The position numbers and the translations under genes are program-made. Source: Acidimicrobiaceae bacterium (GTDB taxonomy: Bacteria > Actinomycetota > Acidimicrobiia > Acidimicrobiales > MedAcidi-G1). From it: a DNA stretch of 64,000 bases. Numbering within the stretch: the stretch's first letter is position 1; the number at the start of each line of letters is the position of its first letter. The notes under the pieces were generated by a model, which did not search any database, was not told the DNA's origin, and saw only the letters and a list, made by a program, of their open reading frames with translations. This document shows, piece after piece, positions 8,944 through 18,500 of this stretch. The stretch spans positions 4,576 through 68,575 of the forward strand of contig PBSS01000048.1 in the NCBI GenBank assembly GCA_002726315.1, given 5' to 3'.

Positions 8944-11058
8944 TTAGCCGACAAGCACAGAGGGTAGAGCCTCGGAGTGGAGGATCGTGAGTCGCTTGGT
9001 TGCACGAGTAAGAGCTACATAGAGGGCCCGCATCCCCTGATCCTGCTCACGTACGATGCGCGACGGCTCTACAACCAGGGCTGCATCCACCTCAAGTCCC
9101 TTGACCAACGACACCGGTACGACCGCGATCCGCTCATCAAGGCCTCTTCGGGTCGGTTGGCCAAATTCGATGCCGGCATCCACAAGGGCCTGCTCTACCT
9201 CGACTACCTGTGAACGGGCGACAACAACCGCCAGATTCCCTGTCTCCACAGCCTCCAATTCCACTAGGACCGCTGCCACAAGATCTTTAGCCAAGTTGAC
9301 CACGTGGACGTACCTTGGCGGATCACCATCGGATCTGACAGACGTGGGTGGTGCTAGATCGGATGCGGCCTCGCGGAGCACCCGTGAGGCAACATCCATG
9401 AGCGGTGCTGGAATCCTGTAGCCGACGGTCAGTTCATTGCGACGAGCGGGGCGCCTGTCCGGGAGGTGGTCGAGAATGCTTTCCCAGTCGTGGTGTGCCC
9501 ACGCTCCAGTCGCCTGTGCAATGTCTCCCACCACGGTCATCGACCCGTTGAGCGATCGGCGATCCAGCATGCGCAAGTCCATGGGTGACATGTCTTGGAT
9601 CTCGTCGACCACAATGTGCCCGTAGGTCCGCACGGCATCCTCTTCCCTGCGTCCGGGTCTCGGGCCCAGAACCGCCCTGGCCTCATCGAGTAGTGGAGCG
9701 TCCGAAGCAGACCAGAGAATTTCGTCGGACACTAGTGCCCTGGGCCTGTAGAGAGAGTCGACCTCCACATCAGTGAGAGATGGATCGGCGGCGCGAAGAA
9801 GTGCATGTGAACCGAATAGGTCATTCAATAGTTGAGCGGGCGTCAAGACCGGCCACATCCACTCCAGAGCCTCACGAACAGCTATCTCCCCGCGTAGGCG
9901 TTCCCGAAGGCCTTCAGGGTCCAGGTCTCCGCGCCCTCCCTCGGCCATCACAGCGAAGAACTCGGCCTCGACAAACCGCCTGGCGGCGTTGTGGGTCCGG
10001 AACCGACGTCTGGCCTCCGAGATAATGGACTCGGTAGCAGCCGCAGGAACTGTAAGCCATTGCAGGCCGTGACCTACTCGTACATCATCGCGAAGTGGTT
10101 GTTGGCGCGTTCGTGCTGCTCGAGCGATCATCCGGACCATCCTGAGGTCGCCCTTCAAGCGGGACACATCCTCCTCATCACGGCTATCGGAGATGCGAAC
10201 GCCACCAACTGCATCACCGAGGGTGGCGAGCTGAACTCCAGCTTCGCCTAGAGATGGCAGTACCTGTTCGATGTAGGCAAGAAAGAGACGGTTGGGCCCG
10301 ACCACCAGAACTCCCTGCCCCTCAAGCGGGAACCGGTGCGTGTAGAGAAGGTAGGCAGCCCGGTGAAGTGCCACGACCGTCTTGCCGGTTCCGGGACCTC
10401 CCTGGACGGCCAACACACCCGGGAGTGGCGACCGGATTATCTCATCCTGTTCGGCTTGGATGGTCCCAACGATGTCTCCGAGACGACCAGTCCGGGCCGA
10501 TTCGAGGGCAGCAATGAGGGCACCCTCGCCACGAAGGCCCCGACCGTCGTCAGTACGAAACCTCTCGAGGTCGCCGAAGAGTTCATCTTCAAGGCCGACA
10601 ATCGTCCGGCCACGGCTCACAAAGTGGCGGCGCCGACGCAAGCCCATCGGAACCGGACCGGTAGCCCTGTAGAAGGCCTCGGCCACCGGTGCACGCCAGT
10701 CGACCACAACCGGTTCCTGATCATCGTCCCAGACCCCCACACGTCCTATGTGGAAACTGCCGTCGCCTACCTCAGGTTCCTGGTCAATACGGCCAAAGAC
10801 CAGGGAGGCATCGCCGAGGTCGAGTTGCTCCAGACGCAGTGCCACAGATCCCCAGATAGCCTCGCGCTCAAACCTCGCCTGATTGGTTCCGCCGCTACCC
10901 ACCTCGACCATCGATACCAGTTCCAGTGCGCGGTCGCGTGCTGTATCCAGGCACTGATAGGCGTTGTCCACGTAGGCCTGTTCAGCCTCGAGCTCCGGAT
11001 GGATTGCTACAACCTCCTGTGCCATTTTCAGCCACTGCGAGGACCCCCTTGAAGGCAC
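8944..11058 (-). CDS. helD: HelD-like (class II, HelR-type) UvrD-family helicase / RNA-polymerase recycling ATPase
   Basis: The N-terminal coiled region is ELEAEQAYVDNAYQCLD. FGRID...HIGRVGVWDDDQEPVVVDWRAPVAEAFYRAT is the HelD signature. Walker A is GGPGTGKTVVALHRAAYL, and the C-terminus LYVALTRATKRLTIL follows. Candidate starts are GTG 11058 or ATG 11025. Confidence 0.8.
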   Translation of the reverse strand: MPSRGSSQWLKMAQEVVAIHPELEAEQAYVDNAYQCLDTARDRALELVSMVEVGSGGTNQARFEREAIWGSVALRLEQLDLGDASLVFGRIDQEPEVGDGSFHIGRVGVWDDDQEPVVVDWRAPVAEAFYRATGPVPMGLRRRRHFVSRGRTIVGLEDELFGDLERFRTDDGRGLRGEGALIAALESARTGRLGDIVGTIQAEQDEIIRSPLPGVLAVQGGPGTGKTVVALHRAAYLLYTHRFPLEGQGVLVVGPNRLFLAYIEQVLPSLGEAGVQLATLGDAVGGVRISDSRDEEDVSRLKGDLRMVRMIARAARTRQQPLRDDVRVGHGLQWLTVPAAATESIISEARRRFRTHNAARRFVEAEFFAVMAEGGRGDLDPEGLRERLRGEIAVREALEWMWPVLTPAQLLNDLFGSHALLRAADPSLTDVEVDSLYRPRALVSDEILWSASDAPLLDEARAVLGPRPGRREEDAVRTYGHIVVDEIQDMSPMDLRMLDRRSLNGSMTVVGDIAQATGAWAHHDWESILDHLPDRRPARRNELTVGYRIPAPLMDVASRVLREAASDLAPPTSVRSDGDPPRYVHVVNLAKDLVAAVLVELEAVETGNLAVVVARSQVVEVEQALVDAGIEFGQPTRRGLDERIAVVPVSLVKGLEVDAALVVEPSRIVREQDQGMRALYVALTRATKRLTILHSEALPSVLVG

Positions 11059-11123
11059 ATGTCCCGAATTCGGCCGAAGATCGATTCTACAGGATCAGTG
11101 CTTGATCGAACCTACGGGTCTAT

Positions 11124-12164
11124 ATGCCACCTAGGGCAGGAAAATTGGGATTTGCGTGCAACGATGTCGTTAATGAGGTCCAACCCGTGACGAGCATCGG
11201 CCTTGTCTTGAGCGCTGGCGGCATGCATGCCGCTGCATTCCATGCCGGGGTGCTGGCTGCCGTCTCGGAAACCACGGGTTGGGACCCCCGAACCGCTGAC
11301 GTGATAGTCGGCACCTCGGCCGGTGCAACCACAGCCGTGTCACTGAGAGCAGGGCTTGGCGCCATGGACCTCGCTGCAAACTGTACGGGCACCCCACTAA
11401 GCATTGAGGGGCAGGGCATCATGGAACGGGTCACCACCAGGCTCGACATTCCGCGACAGGCTGACCGGGCCAACATCTGGAGGCCCGCCAACCCGATACT
11501 CATTCTCCGGGAACTGCTCAGTCTGAAACGGCCTCGACCCGTGGTGGCAATCGCCGGCGCCCTGCCAATGGGAACCGTGCCGGGAGAGACCATCGCTGAG
11601 CGCGTGAACCAGGCTCACCCGAGTCCGTGGCCCGTGGACGCGACCTGGATTTGTGCCGTAGACCTCGATTCCGGCAAGCGCGTCGTGTTCGGCCGCGACG
11701 ATGTGGATGCACGAATAGGTGAAGCGGTACACGCTTCGTCGGCAGTGCCAGGCCACCTGACCCCAGTTGCCATCAACGGTAACCGATACGTCGACGGCGG
11801 CTCTCACTCGACTACGAACGCCGATTTGCTATCCACGCTGGGCTTGGACCTGGTCGTAGTGTCCTCTTCCATGACAGCCGTGCCGAGCGCCTCGGCATGG
11901 CCTTACGGGCCTATAGGTCGCGCATGGCACAGCCGTACTCTCCGCCACGAGATACAGGCAATCCGTTCCAGGAACACTCACACACTCGTGGTTCAACCGA
12001 GCATTATCGACTTGGGTATCCGAAAAGGTGACGATATGGGCCGCTTCTCAATGGCTGACATCTGCAAAGAGGCGTCCCTGTCGACCCGAGCATGCCTTGC
12101 GCATCCGCGTTCAACAACGGCCCGGAGCCTCCTAGAACAGGCGGTACAGGATGCATCTCGGTAG
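11124..12164 (+). CDS. Patatin-like phospholipase family protein
   Basis: Oxyanion LVLSAGGMHAAAFHAGVL, nucleophile elbow GTSAGA (GxSxG), and DGG in NRYVDGGSHS (catalytic Asp). Confidence 0.8.
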   Translation: MPPRAGKLGFACNDVVNEVQPVTSIGLVLSAGGMHAAAFHAGVLAAVSETTGWDPRTADVIVGTSAGATTAVSLRAGLGAMDLAANCTGTPLSIEGQGIMERVTTRLDIPRQADRANIWRPANPILILRELLSLKRPRPVVAIAGALPMGTVPGETIAERVNQAHPSPWPVDATWICAVDLDSGKRVVFGRDDVDARIGEAVHASSAVPGHLTPVAINGNRYVDGGSHSTTNADLLSTLGLDLVVVSSSMTAVPSASAWPYGPIGRAWHSRTLRHEIQAIRSRNTHTLVVQPSIIDLGIRKGDDMGRFSMADICKEASLSTRACLAHPRSTTARSLLEQAVQDASR

Positions 12165-12173
12165 CGTCGGCAC

Positions 12174-13220
12174 GTGACCAAACTCGATCCGTTCCTAGCA
12201 GCGTGCCGGAGCATCCCTCATATACGCACACCCGTCTGGTTCATGAGACAGGCGGGCAGGTCTCTGCCTGAATACCGGGCCATGCGGGGAGGAGGCAGCA
12301 TCTTGGACGCCATCGCCGATCCTGCCCTGACTGCCGAACTGACACTCCAACCGGTCCACCGCTATGGCGTTGACGCTGCAATCCTCTATTCAGACATCGT
12401 CGTTCCGGTAAATGCCATCGGATTTGGCGTCGACGTCCAGCCCGGTGTCGGCCCCACGGTGGAACAGCCCTTCGTCCAAGAATCAGACCTTAGGAGGCTT
12501 CGCCCGCTGGAGCCTGAGGTCGACACGCCGTACGTACTCGACGCCGTGCGTATCCTGACCAACGAGTCCCCCGTACCCGTGATTGGCTTCGCAGGAGCTC
12601 CGTTCACCGTGGCCTCTTACTTGATCGAAGGAGCTCCCTCACGCACCTACGGACGCACGAAGGCCCTCATGTCCGGGAACCCCGACCTGTGGTTCAGGCT
12701 GATTGAGCGCCTAGCAGATCTAGCTATCTCGTCACTGCGCTCCCAAATCGATGCAGGTGTCGCAGCGGTTCAGGTATTTGACAGTTGGGCCGGCGCTCTC
12801 AGTCCTGCCGCTTATGAACGCTTCGTACAACCAGCCACTCGACGCGTCTTCGAAGCGGTGTCAGACGTGCCTCGCATCCACTTCGGGGTCGGTACCGGCG
12901 AGATCCTCCACCTCATGGCCGACACAGACTGTGACGTGGTCGGTGTTGATTGGCGGGTTCCCGTCGATGTCGCCCGTAATCGCCTCGGCCCCGACACGGT
13001 GCTCCAGGGAAATCTAGACCCTGCCGTCTGCCTGGGACCCATCGATGTGGTCGAGGCTGAGGTCGAAGACATCCTGCGTCGCAACAACGGCCATCCCGGC
13101 CATATCTTCAACCTGGGCCATGGTGTCCTTCCAGAAACCGATCCGGCAGTGCTTGAGCGGATAGTTCATCTGGTACATGAAATTTCTCCTGACCTGAACT
13201 GCCAATGGGCTGACGGATGA
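12174..13220 (+). CDS. hemE: Uroporphyrinogen decarboxylase
   Basis: PVWFMRQAGRSLPEYR signature, ILYSDIVVP, and IFNLGHGVLPETDP near the C-terminus. GTG start. Confidence 0.93.
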   Translation: MTKLDPFLAACRSIPHIRTPVWFMRQAGRSLPEYRAMRGGGSILDAIADPALTAELTLQPVHRYGVDAAILYSDIVVPVNAIGFGVDVQPGVGPTVEQPFVQESDLRRLRPLEPEVDTPYVLDAVRILTNESPVPVIGFAGAPFTVASYLIEGAPSRTYGRTKALMSGNPDLWFRLIERLADLAISSLRSQIDAGVAAVQVFDSWAGALSPAAYERFVQPATRRVFEAVSDVPRIHFGVGTGEILHLMADTDCDVVGVDWRVPVDVARNRLGPDTVLQGNLDPAVCLGPIDVVEAEVEDILRRNNGHPGHIFNLGHGVLPETDPAVLERIVHLVHEISPDLNCQWADG

Positions 13221-13224
13221 TCTG

Positions 13225-13467
13225 ATGAACGCGACTGCAGATAGGAATATGGTGGGTGTGGGTTCAGGGATCATGGGCATCAGTACCGCCGACAGACTCT
13301 TGGTCAAACAGCCTCGGCTGGAGGTGGGGGATGGGACTGTCCTGAACCTCACCGAGGATGCACCTGAGCGGTTCGCCACCGGATCAGCCCATAGTGGGGC
13401 TGGCATCTCTGCATGTGTCCGGTCTAGGAACGAGGCGTTTGGCGCTGTCTCAGAACTCCTGGGTTGA
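13225..13467 (+). pseudogene. 80-codon remnant of an FAD-dependent oxidoreductase (L-2-hydroxyglutarate oxidase LhgO-like N-terminus)
   Basis: VGVGSGIMGISTADRLL...LNLTEDAPERFATGSAHSGAGISA parallels E. coli LhgO as I recall it (IIGGGIIGMSTAMQL...LLEKESAPACHQTGHNSGVIHAG). The frame stops after 80 codons, against about 400 aa for intact homologues. Confidence 0.35.
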
Positions 13468-13486
13468 GGCTCCACCACTAACTGTC

Positions 13487-15025
13487 ATGCGTATATCTGC
13501 ACATCAGCAGACAGCGCTAGGGGCCGTCGCCGCAGGTCTGCTCTTAGCGGCATCGGTTCCACCATGGGGCTGGTGGCCCGCCGCATTCGTCGGCATCGCC
13601 CTTTTGGACCAGCTCATTGCGGGGCAACCGGCCGTCGTCAGGTTCCGTCGTACGGTGCTGGCAACGGCGGCATGGAGCCTTCCTGCAACCCTGTGGATGC
13701 TTGATCTGACGCTACCTGGGTGGGTGTTCGCCGGACTTATCCATACCGCCTTCTTCGGCCTGGCCGCTGTTGTGGTCCCAGCCGGAAGTGGACGCAGGAT
13801 GGGTCTCGTCGGATCATTGACTCTTGCCGAGTTCGCGCGATGGAGCATGCCCTTCGGAGGTGTCCCGCTCGCGACCATCCCGATGGGCCAAGCCAACGGG
13901 CCGCTGGCACCTATCGTACGCATCGCTGGGCCACTGCTCCTGGTCTTCATTGTCGTAACCGTCGGCATGTCTCTGAGCGCTCTGGTCGATGTGCAACGAG
14001 GCAACCGTTGGGCTATTCGCGAAGTGGTGACCGGCAGTGGCGTAGTGCTCCTAATGCTTCTGCTGTCATCGATCGCTCCGACAGGTCATGTCGTCGGAGA
14101 CTTGGATCTAGCTGTCGTGCAGGGTGGAGGGCCTCAGCGGACCAGGGCGTCCCCGACGGGTGCGTCGATCGTATTTGCCAACCAGATGGCTGCGTCGCGG
14201 CTTGTGAACGGTCCGGTCGACCTTGTCCTCTGGCCCGAAAACGTCGTCAACCCGGCGCCGATGCCCACCTCAGGTAACCGCAGATCAGACAGGCTCTACC
14301 CCGACGAAGCCGACATGGCACTCACAGCCGAGGCCCAACGGCTTGGCGCGGTGCTGGTGCCGGGTTGGTTCCACCGCTCCCCTAGCGATCCGAAGGCCAA
14401 CGTCAACTACTCCACCGCCATCGAATCCGACGGGACCGTCGTTGACCGTTACGACAAGGTGCGCATAGTTCCCTTCGGTGAGTTCGTTCCGCTCCGCCGG
14501 ATACTGGATCCCATTGCAGGCGACATACTGCCCTCACGTGACCTCCTCCCCGGCACGGGTGACGCTGTACTCGACACGTCGGCAGGCCGCCTGGGGATAA
14601 GTATCTCATGGGAGGTCTTCTTCGAACATCGCACCCGCGACGCCACTCTAGACGGGGCACAGATCCTGTTGAACCCAACCAACGGGGCCAGCTACTGGTT
14701 GACCCAAGTTCAGACCCAACAGGTCGCAACCAGCCGACTAAGGGCGCTCGAGACCGGTCGCTGGCTTATCCAAGCCGCACCAACTGGCTTCAGCACCATT
14801 ATCAATCCCAATGGGAACCTTGTGGCGCGCACCAACGTGGGCGAACAGGCCGTGCTCCGGGGAACGGTTGAACTCCGCGAGGGCTTGACTTGGGCAACAA
14901 GACTTGGACCAGTCCCGATTCTCATACTGTCAACGCTCCTGGCATTGGCGGGTCACACCATCGTCCTCTGGCGAACTCATGATCAAGCTCGGATCTACAG
15001 GAGGAGTAGGGATGCCACAGGTTGA
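13487..15025 (+). CDS. lnt: Apolipoprotein N-acyltransferase (Lnt)-like CN-hydrolase membrane protein with Ser at the catalytic Cys position
   Basis: A multi-TM N-terminal half precedes a nitrilase-type domain with LVLWPENVV (Glu) and RYDKVRIVPFGEFVP (Lys). The third triad position reads GISISWEVFF instead of the usual ICYE or ICWE. The ORF track starts at 13358; ATG 13487 (MRISAHQQTALGAV...) fits the first TM segment. Confidence 0.75.
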   Translation: MRISAHQQTALGAVAAGLLLAASVPPWGWWPAAFVGIALLDQLIAGQPAVVRFRRTVLATAAWSLPATLWMLDLTLPGWVFAGLIHTAFFGLAAVVVPAGSGRRMGLVGSLTLAEFARWSMPFGGVPLATIPMGQANGPLAPIVRIAGPLLLVFIVVTVGMSLSALVDVQRGNRWAIREVVTGSGVVLLMLLLSSIAPTGHVVGDLDLAVVQGGGPQRTRASPTGASIVFANQMAASRLVNGPVDLVLWPENVVNPAPMPTSGNRRSDRLYPDEADMALTAEAQRLGAVLVPGWFHRSPSDPKANVNYSTAIESDGTVVDRYDKVRIVPFGEFVPLRRILDPIAGDILPSRDLLPGTGDAVLDTSAGRLGISISWEVFFEHRTRDATLDGAQILLNPTNGASYWLTQVQTQQVATSRLRALETGRWLIQAAPTGFSTIINPNGNLVARTNVGEQAVLRGTVELREGLTWATRLGPVPILILSTLLALAGHTIVLWRTHDQARIYRRSRDATG

Positions 15026-15125
15026 ACAAAACGGAATCAGAGTCGAGGGTGAGACCACAGGAGACCACACTGTTCCCGCAGTGCTATTGGTCATGGGCCT
15101 CGTTGAGCGAACCTATGACTGAGAC

Positions 15126-15938
15126 TCAGGGCCCTGATGGGGTGGCCACGATCGCCCAGACCCTGTGCGGTGTGTGCACCTCTACTCCAGGGAACCTTTC
15201 GGCCAAGATCTCCGCTAGGTCCCGGTCAAAGGCGGCCGCCTCCCCGGGAGGCAGGTTCACGATGCCGGCACTAGCTGCGATTCGGCGACGCCAAGCCAGC
15301 TCTTCGTAGACGACATCCAAATCGAACCGGAACGTAACGACCACTTTGAATCCAATGCCATCTAGGAGAGGCAAGAGGCTCGGCTCATAGTTTCGGATAC
15401 CACCCAGATCCCATGCAGGGTTGTAGGCCTCTATCAGGGCTTCGGTGGCCTCAGGAACGGTGTCAGGCAGCGGAAGCCAGTCGAAACCACAGACTGCGAA
15501 CCTGCCATCCGGTGCCAACAGTCGCTCAACCTCGGCGATGGCATCATCCTGGTCGAACCAGTGCCAGCTCTGTCCTGCCACTATCGAGTCAAAGGACGCG
15601 TCCGCTAGCCCGGTCGACTCTGCCGGGGACTCCACCCAGTCGACCTCCACATCATCGGCCAATGCAAGGGTCTCTGCGGCCTCGAGCATTCTAAAATCGA
15701 TGTCGAGTCCGACCACGTTGCAACCACGAGTAGCCATCTGGCGTGCGATGGTGCCGGTGCCACACCCCAGGTCCAGTACTCGCTGGCCCGCTAGGCCAAT
15801 GCCATGTGCAGCCAGACGGTCTAAGGTTTCGGGCGGAAAGCCCTTTCGATATCGGGCATAGTCGGCAACTGCAGTCCCGAAACTGTCACCTGCCACACCG
15901 GGCAACTCAAACCTCCAACATGATCGTGGCGGGCCCAT
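15126..15938 (-). CDS. Class I SAM-dependent methyltransferase
   Basis: Motif I VLDLGCGTGTIARQMA, followed by VVGLDID and LAPDGRFAV. The longest ORF overlaps the dtd stop by 32 nt, so the true start may be internal. Confidence 0.75.
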   Translation of the reverse strand: MGPPRSCWRFELPGVAGDSFGTAVADYARYRKGFPPETLDRLAAHGIGLAGQRVLDLGCGTGTIARQMATRGCNVVGLDIDFRMLEAAETLALADDVEVDWVESPAESTGLADASFDSIVAGQSWHWFDQDDAIAEVERLLAPDGRFAVCGFDWLPLPDTVPEATEALIEAYNPAWDLGGIRNYEPSLLPLLDGIGFKVVVTFRFDLDVVYEELAWRRRIAASAGIVNLPPGEAAAFDRDLAEILAERFPGVEVHTPHRVWAIVATPSGP

Positions 15939-16344
15939 CGTTCACAAGTTCAACTGACATGAGGGCCCGAAAACGTCCTGTGGTGACGCCGACACCCCGT
16001 TCCCGAAGGCCCAAAACCACGCGCTCCACTAGAGGCTCAGCCTGCTCAGGACGGGCAGCAGCTAACCAACTGGGCCGACGGCCCCTGCTGGTATCGCCGT
16101 AGAGGGTGAACTGGCTTATCACCAAGACCTCTCCACCGACGTCTTGGACCGACCTGTTCATCACGCCCTCGTCGTCATCCATGATTCGGATACCTGCTAG
16201 TCGATCAACGAGACGGTCCGCTTCGGCCTCGGCATCATCGTGGGTAACACCAACGAAAACGCACAGCCCGATGCCTATCGAACCGACTACCTCGCCATCA
16301 ACTCCCACCGATGCTCGTTCAACTCGTTGCACCAGCGCTCGCAC
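15907..16344 (-). CDS. dtd: D-aminoacyl-tRNA deacylase
   Basis: MRALVQRVERASV... start, SQFTLYGDTSRGRRPSW motif, size 145 aa. Confidence 0.9.
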   Translation of the reverse strand: MRALVQRVERASVGVDGEVVGSIGIGLCVFVGVTHDDAEAEADRLVDRLAGIRIMDDDEGVMNRSVQDVGGEVLVISQFTLYGDTSRGRRPSWLAAARPEQAEPLVERVVLGLRERGVGVTTGRFRALMSVELVNDGPATIMLEV

Positions 16345-16440
16345 AATCCGACCCTATCCGGGGCTCTTCCGAACTACAGGGGCCGATAAGTCTCCCGGTT
16401 ACCGGGTGGTAATCGTCACCCACCCGGCCAGACTTGTCGG

Positions 16441-17712
16441 ATGCCTAGATCCGCTGCTGACAACGGAGCTTTGCGAATTGCCTACCTCGCATACCGGGGC
16501 AAGCCCCACTGTGGTGGCCAGGGGGTCTACACAAGACACCTAACGAAGGCGCTGACAGACCTAGGCCATCACGTCGAGGTGTTGGCGGGCCAACCGTATC
16601 CCGAACTCGATGAGCGAGTTCCGATGGTCCGGCTTCCCAGCTTGGATCTCTACAACGACCACTTCCCGATGCGCAAGGCCCGTATTTGGGAAATGAAGAC
16701 CCCATGGGACGTCGCCGAAGCGATGTCATTTAGCACCGGCAACTTCTCCGAACCTATGGCGTTTAGCATGCGCGCCTGGGACCACCTGCGGAAGCGCCGC
16801 GGTGACTTCGACCTGGTGCACGACAATCAGTGTCTCGGCTGGGGTCTCCTCCTGCTCCAAAACCGTGAAGACTTCCCCGTCCTGTCCACAATCCACCACC
16901 CGATCACCGTCGACCGGCGTCTTGAGATCCAACACGCTAGGTCACTTATTGAAAACCTGGGCAAACGACGCTGGTACTCGTTTACCCGCATGCAGACGCG
17001 GGTGGCAAGCAGGATGCGACGTGTAATGACCGTCTCCGAGTCGTCAAGGGGCGACATTGTTGCTGACCACGGTGTCGACCCCGATCGGCTGCACGTTGTC
17101 CCTGTCGGTGTGGACCCGGAGTTGTTTCGCCCCCTCAACCACGTCAGACGGGTCCCCGGCCGAATCATCACCACGGCAAGTGCCGATGTGGCAATGAAGG
17201 GCCTCAGGTTTCTGTTAGAAGCTGTTGCCAAGTTACGGACCGAGCGCCAAGTGGAACTGGTCATCATCGGAAAGCCGAGAGAGGACAGTGCATCGACCGA
17301 CACTTTCGAACAACTCGGCCTCACTGGCTGCGTCAGTTACGTCCACAACGTACCTGACGAGCGGATCGTGCAGCTCTACAGCGAAGCCGAAGTGGCGGTT
17401 GTTCCTTCGCTCTACGAGGGCTTTTCACTTCCCGCGATTGAGGCCATGTCGTGTGGCGTGCCGCTTGTAACCACCACGGGCGGAGCTCTGCCAGAAGTGA
17501 CCGGCACTCACACGGAAACCTGTTACCAGGTTCCACCGGGAGACTCCGACGCCCTGGCAGCGATGCTCCAGACCGCTCTTGACGATCCGGTTGTTCGCAA
17601 CCGGATCGGAGCAGCAGGTCGGCAACGTGTCGTCGACAACTGGAGTTGGCGCCACACGGCCCTGCGGACCGTTGAGCAGTACCGGGCGCTTATGGCCGAC
17701 CAGGCAACCTGA
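16441..17712 (+). CDS. Glycosyltransferase family 4 (GT-B, group 1)
   Basis: The N-terminus has CGGQGVYTRHLTKALTDLGHHVEVL. The C-terminal half has VVPSLYEGFSLPAIEAMSCGVPLVTT (the E-x7-E region). Confidence 0.8.
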   Translation: MPRSAADNGALRIAYLAYRGKPHCGGQGVYTRHLTKALTDLGHHVEVLAGQPYPELDERVPMVRLPSLDLYNDHFPMRKARIWEMKTPWDVAEAMSFSTGNFSEPMAFSMRAWDHLRKRRGDFDLVHDNQCLGWGLLLLQNREDFPVLSTIHHPITVDRRLEIQHARSLIENLGKRRWYSFTRMQTRVASRMRRVMTVSESSRGDIVADHGVDPDRLHVVPVGVDPELFRPLNHVRRVPGRIITTASADVAMKGLRFLLEAVAKLRTERQVELVIIGKPREDSASTDTFEQLGLTGCVSYVHNVPDERIVQLYSEAEVAVVPSLYEGFSLPAIEAMSCGVPLVTTTGGALPEVTGTHTETCYQVPPGDSDALAAMLQTALDDPVVRNRIGAAGRQRVVDNWSWRHTALRTVEQYRALMADQAT

Positions 17713-17726
17713 GAGGTTGGGACAGA

Positions 17727-18500
17727 ATGCTCACCATCGACTATGGGCACCTCGGCTTGGAACCTGGTGAGAGGGTCCTAGACCTGGGATGTGGATTCGG
17801 AAGGCACGCCTACGAGGTCCTCCGTCGAGGTGCCGCCGTGGTGGCCTGCGATCTGGGGATCGACGAGTTGAGGAAAGTGCGCGGCGTGGTGGCAGCCATG
17901 TACCTGAACGGTGAGATTCCTGAGACCGCATCGATTGGAACAACTGGTGGCGATGCCACCTCTGTGCCCTTCAAAGATGACTCCTTCGATCATGTCATCG
18001 CCTCTGAGGTTCTAGAACACATTCACGACGATGACGGTGCACTAGCCGAGTTGACCCGTGTACTGCGACCCGGTGGAACCCTGGCGGTCACAATCCCAGC
18101 CCATCTGCCAGAGCGAATCTGCTGGGCACTCTCCGAGGATTACCACGCTCCTAAGAGCGTCGGTGGCCACGTCCGCATCTACAAGCAGTCAGAACTAACT
18201 GACAAGATGACCACTGCAGGCCTGGTGCCGGTCTCCTCACACCGGGCACACGCCCTACACAGCCCCTATTGGTGGCTGCGTTGTGCAGTCGGACCGAACC
18301 ATCCGATAGAGGACAGTCGACTCGTCAGTCTCTACCACCGTCTGCTGACATGGGACATCGTCAAGGGGCCCATGGTCACCCGATTCATTGAGCGGATGCT
18401 GAACCCCATTCTGGGAAAGAGCCTTGTTGTCTATGCAACCAAGCCGATCACCGGTGCTACCGCTGAATCTGAAAGAGGGTTCTCGCATGTCTCTGCCTGA
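17727..18500 (+). CDS. Class I SAM-dependent methyltransferase (Methyltransf_11-like)
   Basis: VLDLGCGFGRHAYEV, ACDL, VIASEVLEHI and LRPGGTLAVT motifs. Confidence 0.8.
   Translation: MLTIDYGHLGLEPGERVLDLGCGFGRHAYEVLRRGAAVVACDLGIDELRKVRGVVAAMYLNGEIPETASIGTTGGDATSVPFKDDSFDHVIASEVLEHIHDDDGALAELTRVLRPGGTLAVTIPAHLPERICWALSEDYHAPKSVGGHVRIYKQSELTDKMTTAGLVPVSSHRAHALHSPYWWLRCAVGPNHPIEDSRLVSLYHRLLTWDIVKGPMVTRFIERMLNPILGKSLVVYATKPITGATAESERGFSHVSA

Noticed and set aside
10336-11052. 238-aa plus-strand ORF antisense to helD. Similar antisense ORFs occur at 24687..25409, 29957..30676, 46131..46826 and 13504..14004.
   Set aside because: Each is nested in a gene with strong family motifs on the other strand, and none has recognisable motifs of its own.
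11059-11123. I looked for a rifamycin-associated element (RAE-type GC-rich 19-bp palindrome) upstream of the HelD/HelR-like gene.
   Set aside because: Only short unrelated palindromes are present (CCGAATTCGG at 11064-11073 and GATCA-N5-TGATC at 11092-11106). Nothing resembles the RAE as I recall it, so no rifamycin-inducible claim is made.
13358-13486. N-terminal extension of the lnt ORF overlapping the 80-codon stub.
   Set aside because: The first predicted TM helix and the usual Lnt N-terminus begin at ATG 13487. The extension has no hydrophobic or conserved features.
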